DNA of 63,769 bases, filler included, from Phoronis australis (Eukaryota > Animalia > Phoronida), in assembly GCA_002633005.1 (NCBI GenBank). It is 12 parts of 12 records of this genome, joined end to end, with 100 filler letters (N's around TTAATTAATTAA, not from the genome) between each part and the next. Parts side by side here need not be neighbours in the genome. Positions count along the whole stretch, not along the records: positions 1 to 6,294 come from NMRA01001390.1; positions 6,395 to 9,166 come from NMRA01003432.1; positions 9,267 to 11,947 come from NMRA01003500.1; 9 more parts are not named here. One strand, 5' to 3'. Below are positions 1 through 11,943 of the stretch, in pieces (the stretch's first letter is position 1; each line of letters opens with the position of its first letter). The notes under the pieces are model-generated. The model saw nothing but the letters and a program-made list of their open reading frames with translations, had not been told where the DNA came from and ran no database searches. The translations under genes were made by a program, and so were the position numbers.

Positions 1-742
1 AATTTTAGTATTTTACATTGACCTCTGTATTTTCATAGGTCTTCAGGTGTATACTTTGTGTTACTTCGTGACTATGAAGGAAAAGTTCCAAGTAGAAATT
101 TGTTTCTGGCATTCTAATGCTGTGCTAATCTCGTATGTTGGTAAATTTGTTTTTAATTCTATGTTTCTGTGGTGCTTTAAGCAACTGATGCATAGGACGT
201 GCTTGTATTATGAAGATCACTCACATTGAGGAGACAATGACCATGCCTTTCCATTTTGCAAAGTACAACATACTACATATATGCCCTCTACTGGCCACTT
301 TATGGTACCAATAAACAACCCTAGAAGGATACCGTATGCGGTGCAATTGTGGGCGCATTTCAACGCTCTGCGTTGCTCTTGTAATGATTTGCGTTTCATA
401 TATTCATAGAAGTTTGATTGATTGGTAAAGCAGTTTAAAATTCACTGCACTGCACCAACTCAATTTAATGTTCATGATAAGCCTGTGCAGTAACAGTTTT
501 ATAACTTGGCATTTCCACGCTGATTGATTTCAAAAACAAGCCAAATGAAATGTCACAGAGTTTACTTAAAGCTTCTCTTCCACTCCCCATTTCAGTTATA
601 AAATCAAGAATTGTGCCCATTCTGATTTTATTTTGATTGTACCTTTATTTTAATGGAGTAATTGAAATCAGTCCTACTGATCCTCAGAATAATTCCCATG
701 ATGTAATTGCAACGATTGCAACGTTCAGATGAAAGATAGCTT

Positions 743-2227
743 CCGTATTCGCCATGATAACCGCCCAGGGCGTTTAGAAAAGTTCGTTTTTTTGGGGGGG
801 GGGGAGGNGGGGTGCTTATTATCACCCAAGCCGCTGAAACCGGGTCTTCGAAACGGGTGAAAGCGGAAGCTAAGATTCATCATATTTATGCTCTGTGACA
901 TATCTGTAATCTATGAAAGACTTTCTACAAAACTGTGGTGCATTGCTATCAAACTTTGCTGCTAAATTACGATCATTTTACAGAAAATTGTGCTGAAATC
1001 CCAGAGCGAAAACTTGCCAACTGACTGCTTCGCAATCGTCTATATGGCAACTTGAATGCTTGAATAAAAATACAGTTTCTACTCAAGCAAATTACCTGAA
1101 ATCCTCCTTAAGTTTTCCAAGTAGCGTCCCTAAGATTTTTAAGTTCCCATGGAGTTGGGATCACGGCAAGTTTAAGTACAAATCTGTGCTACATAATGCC
1201 ATCTACATCGGCAACATGAGAAAAATGTCTGGACGAACACACATGTTGTTGTCAAGTGACGTTTGTTTTGAAGTTCGTCTGCGTTTTGAGTAAGCGAGCG
1301 CGTGCGTGTCATCAGAGTTCATTTTCCAGAGCAGAGACGGTCTTTTGGCCAGAGCCACGCAATATAACGAGTTAGATGTGCATTGTATATAAAGAAATTT
1401 GCACAAGCACTAAGCCTAAACAAGAGCGTGATTCATTCAGCACTTGCCGGTCACGTGCTAAAAACGTTCGACATTTGTCTCGGTAAGGCCCATATTAGTC
1501 GTCGTGTGGCTGGATGCGTACGTGACTATCTGACAGTTATTTTTTCGGTGTAAGGGTGTGTAAGCATTCACTGTCAATGTTCATTTTATCGGTTATTTGG
1601 CTTAAAAACACCAATTATGGTTAATCAAACAACTCATCTTAAAAATAATGCAAATTAGTGTCTGTGTTCATTCTTGCCGATGCTATGCTACCCGTTTCAT
1701 GAATGGATAGTTCCCGACTAATGTCTTTGATGACAGGTTCATGTATGTAGCGCACGCTTCCTGGCCACGTGCTTTTAACACTGGCCAAGCTTTTTATTAG
1801 TCTTCGATTCGCGGTTTTCAGTCATGTACACAGAAATTTGGATTCCTGTTGAAAGCGGAAAATATCTACAAAGCAATCCCGTAGACAAGTACACTACTTC
1901 TGTTCTGAAAGTCCAGACCATTGGTCCTCACAAGATAAGCAGAAGTTTTGTGTTCGTTTTGAGGCATGGCGGAAGTTTGAAGTTTATAATCACGGCTAAA
2001 TACCTACATAGCGGCAAGGCTCGTGGTCTACAAATTCTGCGCATAATGATTTTTTTCAGGACTGTCGGATATTATTGATAAATTGAAGACGTTACTGTAG
2101 AATTTTAGAACTGTAGGTAAGGCATTTTTCACACGTACACGTTCGTGGACTAGGCGCTTATTTTAGCAAAGTCTGAAAATGTGTGGGGCGCTTATAGGGG
2201 CATGGGCGGTTATTACGGCGAATACGG
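743..2227 (+). mobile_element. Non-autonomous DNA transposon, Tc1/mariner-pogo-like, ~1.5 kb
   Basis: Terminal inverted repeats CCGTATTCGCCatgATAACCGCCC (743) and GGGCGGTTATtacGGCGAATACGG (ends 2227) followed by TA. No transposase ORF. Related copies at ~16098-17228 (reverse) and ~35820-35962 (partial). Confidence 0.75.
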
Positions 2228-2439
2228 TAGTAGTGAATTGAAGTGAGCTTTGTGAGGCCTAGCCAGCCTTATGATATTCTGAAGTGTTTTTGACACACCA
2301 ATACAGCTGTGGACATTGTTCATGGCAATGGCGATTAAATCATCATGGTACAAGGTAAGTGACAACTGATTGTAACAGCCAAGTTGTTTTGCAAAATCGC
2401 TAATTTTCCATTGAATGGTGTTTATGTCTTTTTCTTAAG

Positions 2440-2599
2440 TTATTGGACCATGTGTGTGGATCACATTCTGATCTTCCCAAACGTTCATTCAAGTCACAAG
2501 GTGAATTAGTAATACACTGGGTAACAATCGACAACTCCACCGCTCAACAGTCGCACGTCGGCTTTAGGATGATGCTGACTAGTTATTCTGATAGTCCAG
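2440..2599 (+). CDS. Exon encoding the C-terminal half of a CUB domain
   Basis: Polypyrimidine tract plus AG before 2440, donor CAG|GTAAGA at 2600. Translation LLDHVCGSHSDLPKRSFKSQGELVIHWVTIDNSTAQQSHVGFRMMLTSY fits the CUB pattern CG...P..F.S...L.I.F.TD....GF...Y. Confidence 0.75.
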
Positions 2600-3875
2600 G
2601 TAAGATATTGATGAGTGGTAGTAGTATTAGTAGTAGTACTGATAGTCCAGGTAAGATATTGATGAGTGATAGTAGTAGCAAGAGCAGCAACAGCAGGTGT
2701 TGTAGTAGCAGATATCGTATAAACACCTGAAAACAGAAAAGTTACCATTCACGTTGATAGTACAATACTCTGCAGGTGGTCTGATACACGTCGCATCAGT
2801 GTGTGCAGGAGGCTCAGCTAGGCTGCAAACGTGACCTAGTCTCTCAATAACTTTTTACTCTCGCGACATTTAGGGAGCTGGCGTCGTCCATGGCTTTTAC
2901 TCCTTGAAAAGAAAACCTGTCATGAAAACCTGAGGAGATACTCATGCATTATGAACATAATTAATTTAAACCTTGAGTTCATACTGCATGTTGAGTTCAT
3001 ATTGCATGTTTGAGACAGCTCAACTCAGTTCAGTTATATCCCCCCAGTAGTCCAATCTTGTCGGTCTGGCTCGCACACCACGTCGCAAATGTAAAAATTT
3101 CTTGAGCAACTGGGTCGCATTTGCAGCCGGGCCCATTGCATCAAACACCTGAAACCATTGTCACAAACGGTATTTGTCTTTTGTCAAAGTGAAGCTCATT
3201 CCAGTCTTACATAAACATTACGCAGATTAAGATCTAACTGAGGAGCTAGGGACCAACGGTATAGCAATGGGGTCCAGTGGTATTTGAACCAAGGCTTTTG
3301 AGAACAGGAAGCAGACAGTTAATCCACTAGGCCACACTGTCTCCTCCATCTTAATGGCAGGCCTCTGTAAAGCTTTTGAGAAGCCGTTAATCTGAGGAGT
3401 TGCCAGTTTTAACCACACCTGCCACTTGCTCGATTGTGTCTTGTCATTGTTGATCTTCTTTGATTAGTTGTATGGTGTTGAAATTCCGCTGCAGTGCTGT
3501 AAGATTTGGATTTTTCTTCTCAAAATTACATCACAGTATTGATTTATTTTTTAATTCTTTCCATTGCATCATCTTGGAAATAGTGCGAAAATGCAAAATG
3601 CCAAAGGCAAACAAAAAACTTTATATAACAGTTTTTGAGGATTTACAATATTCAGTTTCACGAAAACCCAATCATATGACGTTCCTCAAGACATGAAAGT
3701 AAGCATACAAGTGACAATTGATCAGATAATAGCTGCTTTAGTTCACCACCATCATCTAGTGCTGACTAACTCAATCTAACATCAAAATCCCTATATCAGT
3801 TCTCTTAATCTATTAACGGTTTAAAAATCTTTACCTCAAGTTTCTGTCGTCCAAAATTCTGAGACTAACCAAATT

Positions 3876-4410
3876 AAGGTTATGTATGACCCTCGAAAAA
3901 TGGCCAAATTTTGGCAAAACTTCGGAACGTCTTATCTTAGAAATGGCTGGTCATATTCTCATGAAACTTGCACATACCGTCCATCTTGTTTTGTTCTCCA
4001 AAACGCTGTTCAAAATTGTTTGAAATGTTCACTTATGCATGAGCGACTTTTGTGATTTTTATGAATATAAACTTAAAAGTTGCATAAAACGAAAACGAAA
4101 TTATAGTTTTAGAAAATTTACAGCATTTTTGAGATTCCACCTATAACATAATTATATCAAATGAAATTTGTTCTTGTCATTAATATCGTTCATGTTATCA
4201 ATGTTGTTCATGTTATCAATATTGTGCTTTGGAGGGACCTTTTCTCTTTTGCTGATTTTTTCTAAAAAGACACGCTCTCGCGACCCAATTAATAACTGAT
4301 TATTACAAAGTCAGAAATCAAATATTTACTTTTAATGAGTCAGTTAAAATTTAAAATTTAAATTAATTTAGATATTTGGGTTAATACGCCGAGAAGTGAA
4401 TAAAGTCCTG
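3876..4410 (+). mobile_element. TTAA-flanked non-autonomous element (Kolobok-like), ~520 bp
   Basis: Begins TTAAGGTTATGT and ends ...GCATGACC. It is collinear with and similar to 28163-28678, which begins TTAAGGTTATGT and ends ACATTACC. Confidence 0.5.
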
Positions 4411-5039
4411 CATGACCTTTTGCTTTGTTTTGAGTTAAGCAAACTGTGATTGTGAGACTGGTAAGACTGCACGTTCTATGTGAAACAAACTGAAACCACA
4501 TTGCATTTCAACAGATTACAGTCTGGCATTGGTTATCAGGTGTGAAACATAGTTTGTGACAAGCCTGTTTGTTTATTGCTGACATTTTGTGTTATCCTAA
4601 TGGTGTGTGCTGTTTGAATGTTTGTTATTCCTTGTGTCGATAATTGCTGCTAATCTTAATGTTGGGCCAAGTCCTCATAATGTTCCAAGTGTATAAGTTA
4701 GCATTTATGTTTTGTTATCCAACCATTGTGTGTAATTGGTATTTAACAATAAACAGTAACAGAGGGGCAGATATTTTCTTTGTTACTATGGCAACATATT
4801 ATTAAGAATGATCAGTGTTTTGTTTATGAAATAGTGACTTAGGATTTAAGTCAGAAATTTGATCTACTGTTGAAGAATTATTACATCTCCATTTAGCAAA
4901 AAAGAAAGATACAGTCTCATAACTGCTAGCTTCTGGGATAACTTCTATAAACCATGTCTAAAGTATGATGTGCTCACAATTACTTGGCTAAACCTTTTTC
5001 AGCAATTGTGAAGCGGGAACACAAGACCAAATAATTGCA

Positions 5040-5400
5040 GGTTTTCTGGCACTCATTGCACCAGGTGCTGCTCAGGTGGAACCTTTTTATGGTTTATTAA
5101 TAGTTAAGACCACTCTGAGGAGCTAAGGACCTGACTCAAGGTCTAGCACTTTGTCCCAGTGGGGCTCAAGGTCTAGCACTGTGTCCCAGTGAGGCTCAAG
5201 GTCTAGCACTGTGTCTCAGTGGGGCTCAAGGTCTATCACTGTGTCCCATTGTGACTCAAGGGTCTAGCACTGTGTCCCAGTGTGACTCAAGGTCTAGCAC
5301 TGTGTCCCAGTGTGACTCAAGGTCTAGCACTGTGTCCCAGTGAGACTCGACCTCACGACCTTGAATAAGGGAGCAGACACTTATCCCACTAAGCCTCACT
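5040..5400 (-). mobile_element. tRNA-derived SINE-like element with an internal 30-bp tandem amplification
   Basis: Minus strand has an A-box-like AGGCTTAGTGG (5386-5396) and a B-box-like GGTCGAGTC (5344-5352), followed by CCTTGAGTCAGGTCCTT, which resembles SINE central domains. Confidence 0.55.
5133..5350. repeat. 30-bp minisatellite GACTCAAGGTCTAGCACTGTGTCCCAGTGT, about 7 copies
   Basis: Tandem units are directly visible. Confidence 0.95.
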
Positions 5401-5846
5401 TTCAGTCGTGAGTCTTTAGTCTTTCCATGTGACAGACCACAGATTGAGGAACAGAGACATTTACTTCACTATAAACTTACTATGAAAAGCTTACACTAAC
5501 CTGTATGACTTGTTGTGGGCCTGGCAGTTTTATGTTTTACTTGTCCTTGTATCAGNAGCACTGTGTCCCAGTGTGACTCAAGGTCTAGCACTGTGTCCCA
5601 GTGTGACTCAAGGTCTAGCACTGTGTCCCAGTGAGACTCGACCTCACGACCTTGAATAAGGGAGCAGACACTTATCCCACTAAGCCTCACTTTCAGTCGT
5701 GAGTCTTTAGTCTTTCCACGTGACAGACCACAGATTGAGGAACAGAGACATTTACTTCACTATAAACTTACTATGAAAAGCTTACACTAACCTGTATGAC
5801 TTGTTGTGGGCCTGGCAGTTTTATGTTTTACTTGTCCTTGTATCAG
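5266..5846. repeat. 290-bp near-identical tandem duplication around a single N (probable unmerged contig overlap)
   Basis: 5266-5555 matches 5557-5846 apart from one visible substitution; the two copies are separated by n at 5556. Confidence 0.85.
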
Positions 5847-6160
5847 CTGATGCTAATTGTGCCACAGTTTTACATAGTAATGAAGCATAAAAGGGTTCTA
5901 GGTGATTCAGTGCAATGGGTCTACCTGAGCAACCTGCGCATGCCTCGTGCAACGTGTACCCAACCCCCTGCAATTAGTTTTTTAAGACAGGTATTTGGTC
6001 GTGTGCTCCCACTTCTCAGTGACATCACAGGATCACCTGTTGCTTTCCATAGAAAAGCAGTGGAGCGAATATGTTGGTCTAAAAATTGCCATCAAAAACT
6101 TTTACCATGTTGACAAAAATTGTCACTGGGTTGCCCAATTATGGTTTCTTTTTATTTCTA

Positions 6161-6290
6161 GATGGCGGATGTGAGCCTAGGTCTATACTGTGCCCAGTAA
6201 AGGGCTGGTGTATACCAAAGTCTTTAATGTGTGACGGTTTCCCACACTGCACTGATGGTTACGATGAGGGCAGTGCCTACTGCGTAAAAT
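6161..6290 (+). CDS. Exon encoding an LDL-receptor class A module
   Basis: Acceptor TTTCTAG| and GT at 6291. DGGCEPRSILCPVKGWCIPKSLMCDGFPHCTDGYDEGSAYC has six Cys and the CDG..HC.DG.DE motif. Phase 1 is compatible with the CUB exon in the same segment. Confidence 0.9.
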
Positions 6291-6294
6291 GTAT

Positions 6295-6394
6295 NNNNNN
6301 NNNNNNNNNNNNNNNNNNNNNNNNNNNNNNNNNNNNNNTTAATTAATTAANNNNNNNNNNNNNNNNNNNNNNNNNNNNNNNNNNNNNNNNNNNN
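6295..6394. other. Artificial contig spacer N44-TTAATTAATTAA-N44 (first of 11)
   Basis: The same 100-nt spacer starts at 6295, 9167, 11948, 25718, 35963, 40200, 48610, 50931, 52926, 57416 and 60612. Confidence 0.98.
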
Positions 6395-6481
6395 TGACAT
6401 AGAAAGTAGTTACAAAGCCGAGGTGAGTCGAGAAAGGTAGATCGATTCATTGCAATGTTTCTCGTTCAGTGTATGGTATAA

Positions 6482-6708
6482 ATAGATTATTACATGTTCT
6501 CAGTCGTTATCCCCCTTATCTAATGCCCCTCGGGCGATAATTCTCCAAAATCCACTCGGGCGATAATTCTCCAAAATCCACTCGGGCGATAATTCTCCAA
6601 AATCCACTCGGGCGATAATTCTTCAAAATCCACTCGGGCGATAATTCTCCAAAATCCACTCGGGCTCTAGATAAGGGGGTTAACGACTGAGAACATGTAA
6701 TAATCTAT
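6482..6708. mobile_element. MITE with 41-bp TIRs enclosing a 26-bp tandem repeat
   Basis: ATAGATTATTACATGTTCTCAGTCGTTATCCCCCTTATCTA (6482-6522) has its reverse complement at 6668-6708 with 1 mismatch. The interior is CTCGGGCGATAATTCTCCAAAATCCA x ~5. Confidence 0.85.
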
Positions 6709-8246
6709 ATTTATGAGAATCGATAAGCAAACCTTTTGCGAGAAAGGAAGAAAGTTGGATCTGTGTCCCACTTTCAATGACAACAGGTAATTAACTGACC
6801 TGTTTTATAATACAAAGTGAGAATATGCCTTACAGGTCAAGACCTCATTATTATAAAACCAACTTACAAGACAACCAATTAGAATCAGGAAGACATATAA
6901 ACATTGTATGCAATGTTATGCAACGATTAGGACACAATTTTGACCCACTTCCCCTACTCACTTGGGAAAGTCAATGGTGGGCTATTGGGTAATTTTATTG
7001 ATTCAGATTTTTGTGACATACCTTGAAATTCTAGTGCACTCTGGACAATCAAATAGGAATGCCTGGAAATTGAGGCGGGGGGGGGGGGGGGGGGGGGGNG
7101 TTGGGCATCTTGCCAGACATGAGCCAGGCGTCACCTTGAGTCAAGGCTTGACCACATGTGACGTACTTCCGAAATTGCAAAATGTAATGGCTTTTGAATT
7201 AAGGAAATGTTGTTCTTAATAACAGTGGATATACCTCGAATCCTCAAGTGCTTTAACCCCAAATTTGTTGCGATCTCACTGGAGCAGGACACTTTGAATG
7301 GTGTTAGAAGAAAGAACAATTGCTAATGGTTTGTTGAAACCTTGTTTTGTGTAAATTTATTGAGTTTTGTGTTTGATATGGACGGCTGAAGTGAAGCACC
7401 CGTAGAATTTCTGGTCGAGAGTGTCATACCTTGTAGTATTATATATAGTGTACGATCAGAAAGTCGAGGATGCCTGTGGTTCCCACTGTCTAGCTCAGTA
7501 GCTGGGTTGTAGTAGTAGTACACTAGTACAGATGGTCAGTGCCAGTGCTAGTGCCACTGGCACTGCCACTGCCAGTGGCAGTGGCAGTGCCAGTGGTCAG
7601 TCTGATTAATGTTGTATGTCAGAGTGCTAACTTCAGTAGAAAAAATCACCGGCCCAACGACTAGGAAAACTTCCAAAAGTACAAAAATATAACCTGGTAA
7701 TCCTCAAGATCATCTTCTGTGAACACACTGTGTGAATTGCCCATGGTTCGAGGACAAAACCTGTTGACACAAGTCCACTACTGTTGCTCACCAGAAAATA
7801 TCCACGGATATCGAGAAATCCCGACAAACTATGATAACAGTCTTAAACCCAAAAACATTTACGCATTTCATAATATTAAATTATAAGATGCCATGACCTA
7901 GAGATACTAATGGGACATTATCAAATATACTATTTCTATGAAATATCTGTTGTTGATTTTGGTTTATTAGCAAAAATAATGCTTGAATACATCAAAATGC
8001 TTTGGAGAGTACACTAAGGCGGAAGTGAGACTGTGATGAAGTAATCATTACAAATTCTGAGTTGTCATCGTACGCAATGTTTGCAAGTGTACCTGGTGGA
8101 GCAGGGCCGACCAATAGTAAGTTCTTTTTCCTGTTTTATCGTAGTATCTTAAACTTGTGTTGAACGATTGACTATTATTTTTGTTTTCTAATTCAATGAG
8201 AGTCACTTACTGACACTTTTTCACAGAAATAGTATTAATNAACTGC

Positions 8247-8795
8247 TGTTGTAGATGTGCTTCCGGTGAATTATATGAGCCTCTGTTAGCTACTCGCTAA
8301 TGGGCAATTGCCTATTAGCTGAATGGTTAGCATGTTTGCCGGTTTTATGGGGGTCGCTAGTTCGATTCCCGAGTCAGGTGATCTCCGCTATGGCGTAGTT
8401 GGCAAACAGATGATCTACTGATGAAGCACTGCCAACTAGTACCCACGGACCTCGGGACGGTGCGCGTGGAAGGTTCCAGGAGTCAAGGACCTGTATGAGA
8501 GACTACCTTGTGTTCACCTGTGTTGTGGTGGTAAAGGTATGTGGTGGTAAAGGTACCAAGGGAGGTTGATGACCTGTATGCGAGACATCCTGGTGTTCAC
8601 CTTCCTGTTCGCGTGCCCGTTCCGTAGGGAAGGGGGGAATGTTGTAGATGTGCTTCCGGTGAATTATATGAGCCTCTGTTAGCTACTCGCTAACGGGCAA
8701 TTGTCTATTAGCTGAATGGTTAGCACGCTTGCCGGTTTTATGGGGGTCGCTGGTTCGATTCCCGAGTCGGGTGATGTCGGCTATTGCTAGCTACA
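8247..8795 (+). mobile_element. Terminal-repeat retrotransposon in miniature (TRIM) with tRNA-like sequence inside its LTRs
   Basis: Direct repeats 8247-8390 and 8640-8795 (TG...CA). PBS TGGCGTAGTTGGCA at 8391, polypurine tract AGGGAAGGGGGGAA at 8626-8639, CTGC on both flanks. A box TAGCTGAATGG and B box (G/A)GTTCGATTCC in each LTR. Confidence 0.9.
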
Positions 8796-11732
8796 CTGCA
8801 ACCACTGAGTGACTGAGATGTGGCAGTGCTGAACTGAGAATCATAAACGCAAAGCAGGCATGATTGTAATCAGGTCCCAAAGATATGCGTGATCTTGTAT
8901 TTCTGTGAGATTCTCTGGTCTACGGAACGCACACGTGAACAATGCAAGTAAAAATAAGATAGTCAGTGCAACGCGTGGACGGATTTGTCACGATGAAAAG
9001 CTTACTTTAAAATTCTGAAATCTTTTGTTGTATTCCCTTGTACCAACTGTATAAGCCTTTTTATACTTCAGAATGAATTCATTGAATTGATGTTTAGCAG
9101 CATCGTGATCTCTTACGACATGAATGCACAAAACGCCGTAAAACTGTAAAAAGAGAAAGCTACAGANNNNNNNNNNNNNNNNNNNNNNNNNNNNNNNNNN
9201 NNNNNNNNNNTTAATTAATTAANNNNNNNNNNNNNNNNNNNNNNNNNNNNNNNNNNNNNNNNNNNNTCCACTTGTTCCTTATTCAGATGAGAAATGATTT
9301 TTATGCGCCTACATATTTCTCAGTATGTGGGTGCACATTGCCATCATGTACATATTTCTCAACGCCCGCGGCTGTATCTCCTAAACCCGTCGCACAATCA
9401 TGATGAGATTTGGCAGATGTAATGCAATGAAGCAGGCAGATCCGAGTACTGTTTTTGCGCCTTGATGTCAATTTTTTAACGTTTGCCTCTGTATCTTTGA
9501 AGTTCCTTGATGGATTTTCGTGAAATTTAGCAAATATGCTTCCATTAAGGAGACGACGATTTCTTCCAATTCTTCAACTGGTGACAATTTAAAGAAATGC
9601 ATACGTTTTTGACGTCCGCCTCTATCTGGCAACTGAAACCACCCAAAGGATCGCAATGAACCGACAGAGCATGTTTCTGATGCTGATGTTTGGGGTTCGA
9701 TTATTTTGGGTCCTAGTGGCGATTTCGTTTCCCGCGTTGACGGATATGGAAGATACATGTATGTTGACTGCAGCTGTGCCCCCTACAAAGGCCATTTATA
9801 TTTTTTACGTTTGCCTCTGTATCTTTAGAATTCATTGATGTTTTTTTTTTTGAAATTTGACAAATGGGTTTCTAATATGAACACTACCATACCTTTTAAT
9901 TTGGAAATATTCGACGTATTCCGTGTATTATTTCGAGTTGTTTTAGCGTCCGCGTATTTATCCGTCACACTCCTCGAAGTATTATGACGAATGGTGGCTA
10001 ATGAGAAGGTCATGACTAAATCAGCCTGTGCTTTATCAGTCACCACATATGACGCTGTAGTCAATTGTTAATTGCGAAGACTTGCGTTTCAGCAAGATAC
10101 CTGCGTCTTCGAAACAGCTAGAGCCCTGAATAGACCAGACATCCCTGAATAAAGTACTTAATTGTACAGTGTAATATATAGTGGTAGTAAAGATTTGTTC
10201 GTAGAACTGCACAAATAAACTGTTCAGTGAACGCACCACTGTTTCAAACAAGTCCCGATCAGATTCTATGTAGTACATGTGATTCTCTCAACTAATATAC
10301 GTTCGTATGTCGCTACCATTGGTGTTGATGAGAAGGTGCGGAGATGGCCAAAGAACTGCTGACACGGTTAGGATATAAACGCACTGCGGTCGTCAGGCAA
10401 TGGTGCGCCCAGTCTGCTGCAGTGACATTTCAATGGCAGCGCCAATGGCAAGGGCGCGCTCCGATGGATTTTGATTCCTGCATGATGGATTGGTGGGGAA
10501 AAGGATGGATTGATGGAGGTGTGAATAGTTGGTTCAAGTGAGAGACAGTTGGATATTTGGCGAGGTCCGTAAGGCGCTTTTATGGCCACACCACCACTAT
10601 CTTGTGCATGTACTTTTTGCGGTGTCCAGTCCACTTTTGTGGTGAACTAGGTAAATGGTAGTAGCGGCTATCACTGTGGCTACGATCATGGTTTAAACAA
10701 GCCATCTATCTTACTGCTGATTTGTTTTTTTTTTTTGCTTTTTAGGGTTAATTTTATTTATTTATTGATGNCCCGCCATCAAATACTCCTCCTACATTGA
10801 CAATTTTAGTCGTCCGATGCGTTGCTCGTCACGGTGTAGAAAAGTGAAAACCTATAAACGGCCCGTCTTTGCTACCTTTCAACTCGATGACAAGTTATTA
10901 ATGTAGGTGGCGCTTAAGATTCGTTACTTTGGTTCATGAAGGTTTGCTGTCGGCTTGAATGTGAACTTCTATCACGTTTACGTCCGCAGCAATCGTTTAA
11001 TTTCATTACTCATACAAAAACGGGGTGTCACCTTCGCAAATCGGTTCAACTTGCTTAAGGCAAAAGTTAATCTGCGACTGGACTTAGAAAGTTTTAAACG
11101 GCTCCACGTATGTAGGCAAAGATTCTAAATCTCTGATATCCACCTCCATCATTTTTACACTCGCTTCATCAAACACCCAAGGAAAGGATATTGCGTTCAC
11201 GTACATGTATGCACCGAAAATTTGAATTATCAAAACACCGGTACAGCTCTACCAGCTGCCCATTACCACGACCTAGTGATATGCTACCTATACGTTGTGA
11301 GTGCTTATATATGTTGGCACACCTTTAGGTAGGTTAAACACTTTGCAACAATAAAGGTCTGAAGAGAAAGTAAGTACGATTTTGCCGCTACTAGCCGGTT
11401 AGTTGTAACCAATCAAATAAGCTCTGATTTATATTCGACACTTGTGAGAATTGTTGAATTCTATCTTAGTTAGAACTATGGTATGGTTTAACTGTTGGAT
11501 GTATGTGTTATTTATCTTTGAAGGATTTGGACAGTTTGAATGATTACTATTAAAGTGTCTCATTGTACTGTGTGCACGCTTTTGATTCGTAGTTCCTTTT
11601 GTTATTTTATTAGTAATATACATGTAACATATAATTATGGTTACAACAGTTGGCTTTATACCGGACAAGGCAACACAGTGTTATAGATATGAAACTCAGA
11701 TATTCTTAACCCTTATTTGCAGACTTTCCGTG

Positions 11733-11943
11733 ATGTTACAAGCTGCAACCCGTCTACTCGTCGCACTTACGCTGCTGCATTCTTGTTATGCCAATTGTCC
11801 ACAAGGTTGCGCTTGCAATGTTGCCCGGCAAGAGGCGAGGTGTAGCGATCTCAAGGCGCTCCCCGACTCATTTCCGCCAACAATAACTCGTCTGTTATGC
11901 TTTCGGTGTCAATTATGGGATATCACTCCGACAGCAGTTCAAG
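11733..11943 (+). CDS. First coding exon of a secreted or cell-surface leucine-rich-repeat protein (signal peptide + LRRNT)
   Basis: MLQAATRLLVALTLLHSCYA signal peptide, then an LRRNT cap CPQGCAC...ARCSDLKALPDSFPPTITRL. Acceptor TTTGCAG| precedes 11723; donor GT at 11944. Confidence 0.85.

Noticed and set aside
2306-2353. Additional CUB exon ending at CAAG|GTAAGT
   Set aside because: The donor is good, but the frame that joins the next exon is not CUB-like and the most CUB-like frame contains a stop.
6339-6350. TTAATTAATTAA repeated 11 times as a biological motif
   Set aside because: It is always centred in an identical 100-nt N block and places stops in all six frames, so it is an assembly linker.
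8305-8385. Functional tRNA genes in the two direct repeats
   Set aside because: A and B boxes are present, but the acceptor and anticodon stems do not pair convincingly and the sequences sit inside LTRs.
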